Counted from the first letter of the stretch, positions 29,038 to 39,906 are shown. The stretch is 64,000 bases of DNA from an uncultured Gemmatimonadales bacterium (GCA_963771275.1 CAVYSW010000010.1:576001-640000); one strand, 5' to 3'. Translations and numbers: made by a program. Notes: a model not told the origin generated them from the letters alone.

Positions 29038-30012
29038 ATGGGACATGGCAGCGGGGGGAATCGGCCCGTGACATCGCGCGAACGGAGCGACCCGGCGGAG
29101 CAGGCGTTGATCGCCCGGATCGGCGAGGGGTTCATGCTCGAGTCGGAGGAGGACATGACCCCCGGCTACAAGCAGGCGCTGCTGACCCAGCTCACCGTCC
29201 AGGGCGACACCGAGCTGATGAGCGCGCCGGCGTATTATCTCGCGTCGCGCGACGCGCCGTCGATCAACAGCCGCATCGCCGTGACGGCGATCGTGCACGA
29301 CGAGCTGGGGCACGCGAACATCGCGTACCGCATCATGGAAGACCTGGGCGTCGACAAGCGCTGGCTGATCTACGGCCGCGCTGCGCACGAGTTCAAGCAC
29401 CCCTATGGCTTCGACCAGCCGCTGGAGAACTGGGCGGAGATGGTGGTGGCGAACGGGTTCTTCGACCGCGCGGGCATCACGCTCCTCTCGGACGTGCACC
29501 AGCACACGAGCTACGGCCCGCTCAAGCGGGCGCTCGTGAAAGTGGACCGCGAGGAAGTGCTGCACCTCCGGCATGGCGAGTCGTGGATGAAGCGGCTGGC
29601 CAAGGCCGGCGGCGCGGTGAAAGCCTCGCTGCAGCGGGCGGTGGACTGGATGTTCCCGATGACGCTCGAGTGGTTCGGCCTGCCGGACGATCGTAAGCGC
29701 CACAGCGACCAGCTCACCTACCGTCTCAAGGGCAAGACCAACGACCAGCTGCGGCAGACGTGGATGGCGGCGACGGTGCCCCTGTGCGAGAGCATCGATA
29801 TCCGGGTGCCGGCGCACCGGGACGAGGACAAGCAGGAGTTCGTGATCGAGTACCCGTTCCCCTGCCAGTACGACCCCGAGGCGAAACGCTGGTTGTTCGA
29901 TCAGCCCCTCACCTGGGACCAGGTGTTCGAGCGCTGGAAGGCGCGCGGGCCGATGAACACGCGCTACGTGGCGATGGTCCAGGGCGCGTTCGGGAGCGCC
30001 GTTGCCCACTGA
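29038..30012 (+). CDS. paaA: Phenylacetyl-CoA 1,2-epoxidase catalytic subunit A
   Basis: Diiron ligands DTE, DELGH and EEVLH; SYGPL, WFG; start could be GTG 29068. Confidence 0.85.
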   Translation: MGHGSGGNRPVTSRERSDPAEQALIARIGEGFMLESEEDMTPGYKQALLTQLTVQGDTELMSAPAYYLASRDAPSINSRIAVTAIVHDELGHANIAYRIMEDLGVDKRWLIYGRAAHEFKHPYGFDQPLENWAEMVVANGFFDRAGITLLSDVHQHTSYGPLKRALVKVDREEVLHLRHGESWMKRLAKAGGAVKASLQRAVDWMFPMTLEWFGLPDDRKRHSDQLTYRLKGKTNDQLRQTWMAATVPLCESIDIRVPAHRDEDKQEFVIEYPFPCQYDPEAKRWLFDQPLTWDQVFERWKARGPMNTRYVAMVQGAFGSAVAH

Positions 30013-30313
30013 CGCCGAGATCTGGTCGGCCCTCGGCCGCGTCACGGATCCCGAGTACCCGCTCAGCATCGTGGACCTCGGCATGGTGTACGACGTGCGC
30101 CTGGCGGGCGGAACGGCACGGATCGCGATGACGTTCACGTCGCTCGGCTGTCCGGCGATCGACATGCTGGTGGCGGACGCCCGTGAGGCCGTGGCCGCCG
30201 TTCCGGGGGTCACCGGAGTGGATCTTGCCGTCGTGTGGAGCCCGCCGTGGACCAAGGACCGGATCAGCGAGCGCGGCCGGCGGGTGCTCGCGATGTACGG
30301 TGTGGCCTGCTGA
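30002..30313 (+). CDS. paaD: PaaD N-terminal (DUF59 / Fe-S assembly-like) protein
   Basis: DPEYPLSIVDLGMV, TSLGCPA and WSPPWTKDRIS motifs. Confidence 0.85.
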   Translation: MPTDAEIWSALGRVTDPEYPLSIVDLGMVYDVRLAGGTARIAMTFTSLGCPAIDMLVADAREAVAAVPGVTGVDLAVVWSPPWTKDRISERGRRVLAMYGVAC

Positions 30314-30329
30314 TGGCCGGGGGGTGGCG

Positions 30330-30545
30330 ATGAGCGAGGAACGCGTCTACGAGGTGTTCGCGCGCAAGAGCCACGACGAGGAGCTCAAGCATGTCGGCAG
30401 CGTGAACGCCACGGACGACGACCTCGCCCGGGCCTACGCCTGGACCCTGTACGACGAGGAGCGCTGGGTGGAGATGTGCGTCGTGCCGCGCAGCGCGATC
30501 ATCCCGGTGCTGCATCGGGGGCGGGTACCCGTGTGGGGGAATTGA
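30330..30545 (+). CDS. paaB: Phenylacetyl-CoA epoxidase subunit B
   Basis: YEVFAR, HVGSVNA and CVVPRSAI motifs. Confidence 0.85.
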   Translation: MSEERVYEVFARKSHDEELKHVGSVNATDDDLARAYAWTLYDEERWVEMCVVPRSAIIPVLHRGRVPVWGN

Positions 30546-30553
30546 CGGCCAGG

Positions 30554-31399
30554 ATGGAGACGGGCAGCGAGGGAGAGATGAGGAAGGCGGGGCGACGGGA
30601 GTTCGAGTCGCTCGAGGGGATGTCCGACGCGTGCGTGCGCGGCGTGCACCACCTGCTGCTCGCGTGCGCCGACACGAAGCTGCTGCTCGGGTACCATTAC
30701 GGCGAGTGGACGTTCGGCACGCCCGAGCTCGAGGCCGCGGTGGCGAGCTGCTCGCTGTCCCAGGCCGAGTTCGGGCACGTGCGGCTGCTGCACGCGCTGC
30801 TCGACAGGCACTTCGGAGACGACCCGGACGCGCTGGTCGACCGCCGGCTCCCCCAAGAGTTCGCCAACGTGGGGTTCCTCGACCACCCGGTCCCCGACTG
30901 GCCGGGCTTCGTGGCCGCCAACTACGTGGTGGATCTCGCCGTGACGCGCGTGCTGCACGCGTTACGGCACTGCGCCTTCAAACCACTCGGCCTGAGCGTG
31001 GAGAAGATGATCGACGAAGAGCGCTACCACCTGCACCACGGCCGCGGCTGGTTCCGCACCCTCGCCGCGCGGGGGGGCGACGATCGGCGGGCGCTGGAAC
31101 GGCACGTGCGGACGGCGCTCGCGTCGGTCGCCGAATGGCTCGGGCCGCCGGACGAGCCGGAAGACCGGGCGCTCGTCGCCGAGGGAGTGAAGGCAACCGA
31201 CAACCGCGCGCTGCTCGCAGCCGTGCAGCACGACGTCGCAGAGCTGGCCGAAACGCTGGGGGTCGACGTCGCGGTGGCGCCGCCGCGGTCGTTCGCCGGC
31301 TGGACCCCGTCGAACCGCCGGATCGGTGGCGGCGGGCCGGACGAGGAGATCCTGTTCCACCTGCGCGGCGCCAAGAACGCCATGTACAAGCTCAGCTGA
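30554..31399 (+). CDS. paaC: Phenylacetyl-CoA epoxidase structural subunit C
   Basis: ADTKLLLG, EW..GTPELEA, EFGH and EERYH; start could be 30578. Confidence 0.85.
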   Translation: METGSEGEMRKAGRREFESLEGMSDACVRGVHHLLLACADTKLLLGYHYGEWTFGTPELEAAVASCSLSQAEFGHVRLLHALLDRHFGDDPDALVDRRLPQEFANVGFLDHPVPDWPGFVAANYVVDLAVTRVLHALRHCAFKPLGLSVEKMIDEERYHLHHGRGWFRTLAARGGDDRRALERHVRTALASVAEWLGPPDEPEDRALVAEGVKATDNRALLAAVQHDVAELAETLGVDVAVAPPRSFAGWTPSNRRIGGGGPDEEILFHLRGAKNAMYKLS

Positions 31400-31602
31400 T
31401 GGCCCCCCCCCTGCCCCCCCCCGAGCCGCCGGCGCCGGTGCCCTGTCCGTTCTGCGGCTCGCGCGAAACCGAGAAGCAGTCGGACTTCGGGACGTCGCTG
31501 ATGGTGCGCCTGCACTATTGCCGGCGCTGCAAGTCGTCGTTCGAGGCGATCAAATGGGGCGATGCCTGCACCCCGCTCGACTTGCCGTCGTTCCTCGAAT
31601 GA
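31399..31602 (+). CDS. Stand-alone PaaD C-terminal zinc-ribbon protein
   Basis: CPFCGS.ET...SDFGTS...YCRRCKSSFEAIK; ATG overlaps the paaC stop. Confidence 0.8.
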   Translation: MAPPLPPPEPPAPVPCPFCGSRETEKQSDFGTSLMVRLHYCRRCKSSFEAIKWGDACTPLDLPSFLE

Positions 31603-31644
31603 GAGGCACGAAGGCATCTCTTCCTTCATGGAGGATGATCCGAC

Positions 31645-32454
31645 ATGACTGATTGGGCTGCACCCACCGACCGGAAACTCGTCGAGTACCGGGTGGAGGA
31701 CGGGCTGGCGATCCTGGAGCTGAGCGATCCCCCGGCCAACACGTACACGTACCAGATGATGCGGCAGCTCGACTACGCCGTCCTCGAAGCCCGCATGGAC
31801 GACCGCGTGCACGTGATCGTTCTCCGGGGGAAAGGCGAGAAGTTCTTCTCGGCTGGCGCCAACATCACGATGCTGAACGAGGTGACGCCGCGGTTCAAGT
31901 ACTTCTTCTGCCTGCACGCCAACGAGACCCTGAACCGGCTCGAGCAGACGCCGAAGCTCGTGATCGGCGCACTGAACGGCCATACGGTGGGCGGCGGGCT
32001 CGAGATCGCGATGGCCTGCGATCTGCGCGTCGCGTGCAAGGACGGCGGGAAGATCGGTCTGCCCGAGGTGACGCTCGGCGTGCTGCCGGGGACCGGCGGC
32101 ACGCAGCGGCTGGCGCGGATCATCGGCAAGTCCCAGGCGATCGAGCTGATGGCCAAGGGCGACCTGATGAGCTTCGAGCAGGCAAAGACGCTCGGGCTGG
32201 TGAACGAGGTGCTCCCCCGGGAGACGTTCTGGAAGGACGTGCTCGCCTACGCCAGCCAGTTCGTCCCGCCCAGGAAAGCGTCCAAGGCTGTGGGCCACAT
32301 CAAGCGCGCGGTCTGCTCGGGGCTGGAGGTGCCGTTCGAGAGCGGTCTCGCGATCGAGCGCGAGCTGCAGCAGCAGCTGTTCCAGAGCGAGGACGCGAAG
32401 GAGGGCATCGCGGCCTACGTGGAGAAGCGCACCGCGGTGTTCAAGGGGCGCTAG
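31645..32454 (+). CDS. Enoyl-CoA hydratase/isomerase (crotonase) family protein
   Basis: FSAGAN, GGGLE and PEVTLGVLPGTGGTQRL motifs. Confidence 0.9.
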   Translation: MTDWAAPTDRKLVEYRVEDGLAILELSDPPANTYTYQMMRQLDYAVLEARMDDRVHVIVLRGKGEKFFSAGANITMLNEVTPRFKYFFCLHANETLNRLEQTPKLVIGALNGHTVGGGLEIAMACDLRVACKDGGKIGLPEVTLGVLPGTGGTQRLARIIGKSQAIELMAKGDLMSFEQAKTLGLVNEVLPRETFWKDVLAYASQFVPPRKASKAVGHIKRAVCSGLEVPFESGLAIERELQQQLFQSEDAKEGIAAYVEKRTAVFKGR

Positions 32455-33890
32455 TGCGCACCGAGCTGTTGATCAACGGCGAGTGGCGGAAGGCGGCGAC
32501 GGGCCGGCGGCTCGACGTCGTCAATCCCGCTACCGAGGAGACGCTCGCCGCGGTCGAGGCGGCGGGCGCGGCGGACGTGGACGCCGCGGTGGAGGCGGCG
32601 CGCGCCTGCTTCGAGTCGGATGCGTGGCAGCAGCTCGCCGCGCGCAGGCGCGGTGCCCTGCTCTATCGCGCGGCCGATCTGCTGGAGCAGCGGGGCAAGC
32701 AGTTCGCCGAGGTCGAGACGCGGCAGAACGGCAAGCCGCTGTTCGAGTCCAAGATCGACGTGGCGCAGACGGTCGAGGTGTTCCGCTACTACGCCGGGTG
32801 GGCCGACAAGATCGGCGGCGAGGTGCGGCCGGTGGAGGCCGGCGACCTGGTGTTCACCGAGCGCGTGCCCGTGGGCGTGGTGGGCGCAATTGTGCCGTGG
32901 AACTTCCCGCTCAACCTTGCCGGCTGGAAGCTCGCGCCCGCGCTGGCCGCGGGCTGCACGGTGGTGCTCAAGCCCGCACCGGAGACGCCACTCACCGCGC
33001 TGATGCTCGGCGAGCTGCTGCTCGAGGCCGGGTTTCCGGCGGGAGCGGTGAACGTGGTGCCGGGCGACGGCCCGACGGCGGGCGCGGCCCTGGTGCGCCA
33101 TCCCGGCGTGGACAAGATCGCATTCACCGGCTCGACGGCGACCGGCAGGCTGATCATGCGGGACGCGGCGGAGACCGTGAAGCGCCTGACGCTCGAGCTG
33201 GGCGGCAAGAGCCCGAACGTGATCTTCGCCGACGCCGATCTCAAGGCGGCGGTGCGCGGCGCGCAGACCGGGATCTTCTACGGCAAGGGCGAGGTGTGCG
33301 CCGCGGGCTCCCGCCTCCTGGTGGAGCGGTCGGTGCACGATCAGGTGGTGGACGAGCTGGTCCAACGGGCCAGGAAGCTCACGATCGGCGATCCGTTCGA
33401 CAAGACCACGCGGCTCGGCCCGCTCGTCTCGAAGCGCCAGCACGAGAAGGTGCTGTCCTACGTCGCCGCCGGGCGGCGCGAGGCGAGTCTCCTCACGGGC
33501 GGCAACGCGGCCACGGTCAACGGCAAGGGCTACTTCGTCGAGGCCACCGTGTTCGCCGACGCGAAGCCCGGAGCGTCGATCGTGGAGGAGGAGATCTTCG
33601 GCCCGGTGCTCACGGTGATCCCGTTCGACGACCTCGAAGACGGCGTCGGGCTCGCGAACCGATCGATGTACGGGCTCGCGGCGGGCATCTGGACCAGGGA
33701 CATCCAGAAGGCCTTCACGGTGGCGCGGCGGCTGCGGGCCGGGACGGTCTGGATCAACACCTACAACATGTACGACGCCGCCGCGCCGTTCGGTGGCTTC
33801 AAGGCGAGCGGATTCGGCCGCGACTTGGGCCGCGAGGCGCTCGACGGCTACACCGACACGCGGACGATCTGGGTGGGCCTGCGTGGCTGA
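32454..33890 (+). CDS. Aldehyde dehydrogenase
   Basis: [31 protein letters not shown] and PFGGFKASG motifs. Confidence 0.95.
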   Translation: MRTELLINGEWRKAATGRRLDVVNPATEETLAAVEAAGAADVDAAVEAARACFESDAWQQLAARRRGALLYRAADLLEQRGKQFAEVETRQNGKPLFESKIDVAQTVEVFRYYAGWADKIGGEVRPVEAGDLVFTERVPVGVVGAIVPWNFPLNLAGWKLAPALAAGCTVVLKPAPETPLTALMLGELLLEAGFPAGAVNVVPGDGPTAGAALVRHPGVDKIAFTGSTATGRLIMRDAAETVKRLTLELGGKSPNVIFADADLKAAVRGAQTGIFYGKGEVCAAGSRLLVERSVHDQVVDELVQRARKLTIGDPFDKTTRLGPLVSKRQHEKVLSYVAAGRREASLLTGGNAATVNGKGYFVEATVFADAKPGASIVEEEIFGPVLTVIPFDDLEDGVGLANRSMYGLAAGIWTRDIQKAFTVARRLRAGTVWINTYNMYDAAAPFGGFKASGFGRDLGREALDGYTDTRTIWVGLRG

Positions 33891-35064
33891 CGCGCTGATC
33901 TACTCGGCGGTGCGGACACCCGTGGGGCGGGCGGGCGGCGCGCTGGCCGACGTTCGTCCCGACGATCTCGCCGCGCTCGTCGTGAAGACGGCGGCCGAGC
34001 GCGCGGGCGTCGACCCCGCCGCCGTGGACGACGTGATCCTGGGATGCGTCAACCAGGCCGGCGAAGACAACCGCAACGTGGCGCGCATGGCGGCGCTGCT
34101 CGCGGGATTCCCCGTCTCGGTACCCGGTCAGACGGTAAACCGGCTGTGCGCTTCAGGCCTCCAGGCCGTGGCCGGCGCGTTCCACGCGATCCGGGCGGGC
34201 GAGGGAGACGTGTTCGTCGCCGGCGGGGTGGAGAGCATGACGCGGGCGCCGTACGTCATGCTGAAGCGCGGCACGAGCTGGGACCGCCGTCCCCCGGAGA
34301 TTGCCGACAGCACGGTCGGCTGGCGGTTCGTGAACTCTCGCATGCCGAAGGAATGGACGATCTCGCTGGGCGAGACCGCAGAGAAGGTGGCGCGGCAGTA
34401 CGGCATCACCCGCGAAGAGCAGGATGCGTTCGCGCTCGCGAGCCAGCGGCGCACCGCCCGCGCGCAGGCCGACGGGGTGTTCCGGGACGAGATCGTGCCC
34501 GTGTCAGTCGGCACGCGGGTCGTGGACGCCGACGAGCATCCCCGGCCGGACGTGACGCCGGCGGATCTGGCGAAGCTGAAGCCGGCATTCGCCAGGGACG
34601 GCACGGTGACCGCCGGCAACGCGAGCGGGATCAACGACGGGGCCGCGGCCCTCGTGGTGGCGCGGGCGGGAAGTCCTGCCGTGGGTGGTGCGCGGCCGCT
34701 CGCGCGCATCGTGGCGAGCGCGGTGGCCGGCGTGGACCCGAGCCTCATGGGGCTCGGACCCATCCCCGCCACGCGCAAGGCGCTCGAGCGGGCGGGCCTC
34801 GCGGTGGGCGACCTCGACGTGATCGAGCTCAACGAGGCGTTCGCGTCCCAGGCGATCGCGTGCATCCGGGACCTCGGGCTCGATCCGGGGACGGTGAACA
34901 TCCACGGTGGGGCGATCGCGCTGGGCCACCCGCTCGGCGGGACGGGCGCCAAGCTACTCACGACGCTGGTCCACGCGCTGCGACGCACCGGCGGCCGGTA
35001 CGGACTCGCGACGATGTGCATCGGCGTCGGCCAGGGCATGGCCATGATCGTGGAGCGCGCGTGA
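33883..35064 (+). CDS. paaJ: Thiolase, PaaJ/PcaF-like
   Basis: [30 protein letters not shown] and CIGVGQG motifs. Confidence 0.88.
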   Translation: MADALIYSAVRTPVGRAGGALADVRPDDLAALVVKTAAERAGVDPAAVDDVILGCVNQAGEDNRNVARMAALLAGFPVSVPGQTVNRLCASGLQAVAGAFHAIRAGEGDVFVAGGVESMTRAPYVMLKRGTSWDRRPPEIADSTVGWRFVNSRMPKEWTISLGETAEKVARQYGITREEQDAFALASQRRTARAQADGVFRDEIVPVSVGTRVVDADEHPRPDVTPADLAKLKPAFARDGTVTAGNASGINDGAAALVVARAGSPAVGGARPLARIVASAVAGVDPSLMGLGPIPATRKALERAGLAVGDLDVIELNEAFASQAIACIRDLGLDPGTVNIHGGAIALGHPLGGTGAKLLTTLVHALRRTGGRYGLATMCIGVGQGMAMIVERA

Positions 35065-35855
35065 GCGACTTCGCCAACGTGCTCATGCGCGTGAACGACG
35101 GAGTCGGCACCCTCACGCTGAATCGGCCCGAGAAGCTCAACGCCTTCGCGGGGCGGATGCGCCAGGAAGTCGTTGAAGCCGTGCGGACGATGGCCCACGA
35201 CCCGGCGGTGCGCGTGATCGTGGTGACCGGGGCGGGCCGCGCGTTCTGCGCCGGGGCCGACGTCGACTACATGCGCGAGCTCACCGAGCGGGGTGACGTC
35301 GAGGGATTCCGCGGGCTGGTGGAGGCCGGCCGGCAGGTCGTGAGCACGATCCGTGCGACGGCGAAGCCGGTGATCGCGAGCCTCAACGGCCCCGCGGCGG
35401 GAGGCGGTGCCAACCTCGCCCTCGCGTGCGACATCCGCATCGCTTCGGACCGCGCCTCGATCGGCCAGACGTTCGGGCGGATCGGGCTCCACCCCGATTG
35501 GGGCGGCATCTACTTTCTCCCGCGGCTGGTCGGACCGTCCAAGGCCCTGGAGCTGATCTGGAGCGGCGCCATGGTGCCGGCGGACGAAGCGCTCGAGCTC
35601 GGCCTGTTCAGCCGCGTCGTGCCGCACGAGGGCCTCGAAGCGGAGACGCGGGCCCTGGCGGCCGAGCTCGCCACCCGCGCGCCGCTGGCGCTGGCGCTCG
35701 CGAAGCAGGCGGTGTACGGTACGGCGGCGAGCAGCCTCGCGGAGACGTTGGAGACGGAGATGAGCTACCAGCTGCGCTGCTTCCAGAGCGAGGACGCCAA
35801 GGAAGGCCTGCAGGCGTTTCTCGAGAAACGGGACGCCACGTTCCGGGGCGCCTGA
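35061..35855 (+). CDS. paaG: Crotonase-family isomerase, PaaG-like
   Basis: [19 protein letters not shown] and IGLHPDWGG (Asp, no catalytic Glu pair) as in PaaG. Confidence 0.72.
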   Translation: MSDFANVLMRVNDGVGTLTLNRPEKLNAFAGRMRQEVVEAVRTMAHDPAVRVIVVTGAGRAFCAGADVDYMRELTERGDVEGFRGLVEAGRQVVSTIRATAKPVIASLNGPAAGGGANLALACDIRIASDRASIGQTFGRIGLHPDWGGIYFLPRLVGPSKALELIWSGAMVPADEALELGLFSRVVPHEGLEAETRALAAELATRAPLALALAKQAVYGTAASSLAETLETEMSYQLRCFQSEDAKEGLQAFLEKRDATFRGA

Positions 35856-35866
35856 GCGGGCGTTCC

Positions 35867-36538
35867 ATGGCCCTGGTCATTGCCCACCGCGGCGCCTCCG
35901 CCGTCGAACCCGAGAACAGTCTGGCCGCGTTCCGTCGGGCGCTCGAGCTTGGCGCCGACGGTGTGGAATTCGATGTGCACACGACGGCCGACGATGAGCT
36001 GGTCGTGGCGCACGATCCCGATCTCGACGGCCACCCAATCTGCACACTGCCTTCTGCACTCGTCTCCCGGCACCGTCTCCCGAACGGGGAACCGGTCCCG
36101 ACCTTGAGCGCGGCGCTCGACGTCATCACGCTCCACGGCCTGGCCTTCATCGAGCTCAAGGACTTGCCGCCCGACGCCGACGAACGGCTGCTCGCGCTGA
36201 TCGACGCCTGCCCGGCCCCCGATCGCTGCCGGGTTCACTCCTTCGATCGCGCCCTCATCCGGCGCCTCACGGCGCGGCGCCCCGCGCTCGAGGCGGGCAT
36301 CCTCTCCGCGTCGTACTCGATCGAGCCCGCGTTCGACGTGTCGAGTGCCGGAGCGGTCGCCCTGTGGCAGCGGGCGGACCTGGTCGATGCGCCGCTCGCG
36401 GCGCTGGTGCGCCAGGCGGGCTACGCGCTCTTCGCGTGGACGGTGGATCAGCCGGAGCGCATGCGGCGGTTGGTCGCGGACGGCGTGGACGGCATCTGCA
36501 CCAATCGGCCGGACGTGGCCCGCGCGGTGCTCAGGTGA
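35867..36538 (+). CDS. Glycerophosphodiester phosphodiesterase family protein
   Basis: AHRGAS, PENSLAAF, EFDV, IELK, WTVD and GICTN motifs. Confidence 0.9.
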   Translation: MALVIAHRGASAVEPENSLAAFRRALELGADGVEFDVHTTADDELVVAHDPDLDGHPICTLPSALVSRHRLPNGEPVPTLSAALDVITLHGLAFIELKDLPPDADERLLALIDACPAPDRCRVHSFDRALIRRLTARRPALEAGILSASYSIEPAFDVSSAGAVALWQRADLVDAPLAALVRQAGYALFAWTVDQPERMRRLVADGVDGICTNRPDVARAVLR

Positions 36539-37395
36539 AGCGGCTCGCCGTGATCGGGGCAGGCACGATGGGGCACGGCATCGCGCAGGTGGCATCGGTG
36601 GCGGGCTACGCCGTGACGCTCAGTGACGCGCGCCCCGACGTGATCGAGCCGGCGCTCCGGCGGGTGCGCGAGAATCTCGAGGGCGGGGTCGCCCGCGGCC
36701 GGCTCACCGCCGAGGAGGCCGCCGCCGCGATCGCACGCATCGTGCCGGTCGGGACGATGGCGGCGGCCGTGCGGGACGCCGATCTGGTGATCGAGGCGGT
36801 GATCGAGGACCTGGCGGTGAAGCGTGCCGTGTTCGGGGAAATCGCCGCTGCGGCGCCCCTGGAGACTACGCTGGCCACCAACACGTCATCGCTCCCCGTC
36901 GGCCGGATTGCCGAGGCGGTGGCGGATCCGGGGCGCGTGGTGGGGATGCACTTCTTCAATCCCGTCCACATCATGAAGCTGGTGGAGGTGGTGCGGCACG
37001 ACCGCGTCGCGCAACGTCACGTGGACGTCGTGCTCGCCGTGGCGCGCGCGATGGGCAAGGAGCCGATCGTGGTGCGCGACAGCCCGGGCTTTGCGTCGTC
37101 GCGCCTCGGCGTGGTCTTGGGGCTCGAGGCGATGCGGATGGTCGAGCAAGGCGTCGCCGCGCCCGAGGACATCGACAAGGCGATGGAGCTGGGCTACGGC
37201 CACCCGATGGGCCCACTGAAGGTGAGCGATCTGGTGGGGCTGGACGTGCGGCTGGCCATCGCGGAGTATCTTCATCGCGAGTTGACGGGCGCGCACTACG
37301 CGCCGCCCGAGATCCTCCGGGCGAAGGTGCGGGCGGGGGAGCTGGGCAAGAAGACCGGCAGAGGGTTTTACGAATGGCCGACCAAGTCGTCCTGA
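36535..37395 (+). CDS. paaH: 3-hydroxyacyl-CoA dehydrogenase (PaaH-like)
   Basis: GAGTMGHGIA, TNTSS, GMHFFNP and HPMGP motifs. Confidence 0.85.
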   Translation: MKRLAVIGAGTMGHGIAQVASVAGYAVTLSDARPDVIEPALRRVRENLEGGVARGRLTAEEAAAAIARIVPVGTMAAAVRDADLVIEAVIEDLAVKRAVFGEIAAAAPLETTLATNTSSLPVGRIAEAVADPGRVVGMHFFNPVHIMKLVEVVRHDRVAQRHVDVVLAVARAMGKEPIVVRDSPGFASSRLGVVLGLEAMRMVEQGVAAPEDIDKAMELGYGHPMGPLKVSDLVGLDVRLAIAEYLHRELTGAHYAPPEILRAKVRAGELGKKTGRGFYEWPTKSS

Positions 37396-38255
37396 CCGCG
37401 CAGCCCGGCATCACCGATCTCCACATCCACGTCCAGCCGTGGCGCCAGCTCAAGGCGAGCGTGGCGGATGCGATGCGCCGCGGCAAGGAGGATCACTGGG
37501 AGCGGCTCCTCGTCTTGATGGATGATCCCAAGGCGCTGCTCGAGGTGATGGACGCGTCCGGGATCTGGCGGGTCGGGCTCGTCAACTACCCCAGCCCCGA
37601 CGTCATGGGGTTCACTGACGAGACCAACGCGTTCGCCGCCCGCTACGCCAGCGCCGCGCCGGAGCGGCTCATTCCTTACGGCGGCGTGCATCCGCGGTTC
37701 ACGACCGATCCCGAGGGCCAGGTCGAAGAGCTGCTGCGGCTCGGCATCCGGATCCTGAAGATCCATCCGCCCCACCAGGTCTATCCCGCCAACGCGTACA
37801 CGATGGGGCTCGAGGCGCTGGGGCGCATCTACCGGCGCTGCGAGGAACGGGGGCTGCCGGTCACGATCCACACGGGGACGAGCATCTTCCCCGGCGCGCG
37901 CTGCAAGTACGGCCGCCCGATGGAGCTGGACGACGTGGCGCTCGATTTCCCCGATCTCACCATCATCATGGCGCACGGTGGCCGCCCGCTCTGGATGGAC
38001 GAGGCGTTCTTCGTGCTCCGCCGGCATCGCAACGTGTACCTCGAGATCTCCGGCATCCCGCCGCTCAAGCTCCTGGAGTACTTCCCGCGGCTCGAGGAGA
38101 TCGGCGACCGCGTCGTGTGGGGCACCGACTGGCCCAGCCCGGGGGTGCGCGATCTCCGGCAGAATCTCGAACAGTTCCTGAGTCTGCCGCTGTCGGAGGA
38201 CCTGAAGACGAAGATCACTCGCACCACGTCCCTCCGCCTCGTGCCCGCCCGGTGA
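37374..38255 (+). CDS. Amidohydrolase-2 family metalloenzyme
   Basis: DLHIH, KIHPPHQ, IHTG, AHGG and WGTDWP motifs. Confidence 0.88.
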   Translation: MADQVVLTAQPGITDLHIHVQPWRQLKASVADAMRRGKEDHWERLLVLMDDPKALLEVMDASGIWRVGLVNYPSPDVMGFTDETNAFAARYASAAPERLIPYGGVHPRFTTDPEGQVEELLRLGIRILKIHPPHQVYPANAYTMGLEALGRIYRRCEERGLPVTIHTGTSIFPGARCKYGRPMELDDVALDFPDLTIIMAHGGRPLWMDEAFFVLRRHRNVYLEISGIPPLKLLEYFPRLEEIGDRVVWGTDWPSPGVRDLRQNLEQFLSLPLSEDLKTKITRTTSLRLVPAR

Positions 38256-39685
38256 TCCGACGCTTCGTCCTGCTCGGCGGGCCAGTCGCCCTGCTGTGCA
38301 CCGTGTGGCTCCCACCGCCGACGGGACTTGAGCAGGGGGCGTGGCGCGTGGCCGGGGTCGCGGTATGGATGGCCCTGTGGTGGCTCACCGAAGCGATTCC
38401 CCTCGAGGCCACTTCCCTGCTCCCGCTCGTGCTCCTGCCGCTCGCCGCCGGCGAGACGTTCGGGAAGGTCGCCAGCGCCTACGCCGACCCGATCATCTTC
38501 CTGTTCCTCGGCGGCTTCCTCATCGCGGCCGCGCTGGAGCGCTGGCAGCTGCACCGACGGTTCGCCTTTGCCACCCTGCGCCTGGTGGGCGCGGGGCCGC
38601 GCCGGGTCGTCCTCGCCTTCCTCGTCGCCACCGCGTTTCTCAGCATGTGGATCTCGAACACCGCCGCGGCGGTCATGATGCTGCCGATTGCGGCCGGCGT
38701 CGCCGGACTCGAGCGGGGCGGGTCGCTCCAGCTCGAAGAGCCACGCCGCGGGTTCTCCATCGCCCTCTTGCTCGCCGTGGCCTACGGCGCCTCGATCGGC
38801 GGTGTTGCGACGCTCATCGGGACCCCTCCCAACGCGCTGCTCGCGGCCAACGCCCGGACCCTCGTGGGCTACGAGATCTCGTTCGCCTCGTGGCTCCCGA
38901 TCGGGCTCTCGATCATGCTCCCGCTGCTCGCCGCCTGTTGGGTGATCCTGGTGCTGCTGTTCCGCGTACCCCGCAGCGCGCCCGGCCTGCTCGCCGGATC
39001 CACGGAGCGGTCGTCCCGGCCCTTCGGGACCGGCGAGTGGTTCGTCCTGGGGGTGTTCGGGCTCGCGGCGCTCGCCTGGATCCTGCGCGAGCCCAAGGAG
39101 ATCGGGAGCGTCAGAGTCCCGGGCCTTACCGACCTGCTGCCGATGCTCACCGATTCCGGGATCGCCATCGCGGCGGCCATGCTGCTGTTCGCCGTTCCCC
39201 TGCCCCGGGCGCGACACCGGTTCGCGCTCGATTGGGAGACGGCGCGCGGAATTTCCTGGGGGGTGTTGCTGCTGTTCGGCGGCGGGCTTGCACTGGCGGC
39301 GGCGGCCGAGACCAGCGGGCTCGCCCAGTGGATCGGCGGGAAACTTGCGGCGTTGGGTGGCATGCCGCTCCCGCTGATCCTGGCCCTCACGGCCCTGCTG
39401 TTTGCGTTGCTCACCGAGCTCACGAGCAACACGGCAGTGGCGGCACTTGCCATGCCGCTGCTGGCAGGGGTCGCCGGCTCGCTGGGTGTGGCGCCCGTTC
39501 CACTCATGATCGCCGGCGCCATCGCCTGCTCGATGGCGTTCATGCTGCCGGTCGCCACGCCGCCCAACGCCATCGTGTTCGGCTACGGCGTTCTCCGCAT
39601 CCGCCACATGCTGCGGGCGGGCATCCTGCTCGACCTCGTCGCCGTCGTGGTGATCACGGTGGTAGTTTCCTTCTGGGCACACTAA
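38252..39685 (+). CDS. DASS/SLC13 dicarboxylate or sulfate symporter
   Basis: WISNTA, GTPPN, TSNTA and PVATPPNA motifs; multiple TM segments. Confidence 0.92.
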   Translation: MIRRFVLLGGPVALLCTVWLPPPTGLEQGAWRVAGVAVWMALWWLTEAIPLEATSLLPLVLLPLAAGETFGKVASAYADPIIFLFLGGFLIAAALERWQLHRRFAFATLRLVGAGPRRVVLAFLVATAFLSMWISNTAAAVMMLPIAAGVAGLERGGSLQLEEPRRGFSIALLLAVAYGASIGGVATLIGTPPNALLAANARTLVGYEISFASWLPIGLSIMLPLLAACWVILVLLFRVPRSAPGLLAGSTERSSRPFGTGEWFVLGVFGLAALAWILREPKEIGSVRVPGLTDLLPMLTDSGIAIAAAMLLFAVPLPRARHRFALDWETARGISWGVLLLFGGGLALAAAAETSGLAQWIGGKLAALGGMPLPLILALTALLFALLTELTSNTAVAALAMPLLAGVAGSLGVAPVPLMIAGAIACSMAFMLPVATPPNAIVFGYGVLRIRHMLRAGILLDLVAVVVITVVVSFWAH

Positions 39686-39702
39686 GGCGGCGGACGGGAG
39701 CC

Positions 39703-39906
39703 ATGACGGACACGGTTCAGGTAGCGAGTTTCCGGACCCGGCTCGATGCAGAGCTAGCGGCGCATGCGCTGGATGCGCTGGGTATCCCGTACGTGATCAA
39801 CTCGGCCGAAGGGATGGGGTCCGGCCCGCTGGGACCAGGAGCCATTCTCCTGGTACGTGCCGCCGACGCGGAGTTGGCCCGGGAGATCTTCGGGAAGGCA
39901 CGATGA
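39703..39906 (+). CDS. Small DUF2007-like protein
   Basis: AELAAHALDALGIP...LLVRAADAELAREI pattern; GGAG SD. Confidence 0.7.
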   Translation: MTDTVQVASFRTRLDAELAAHALDALGIPYVINSAEGMGSGPLGPGAILLVRAADAELAREIFGKAR

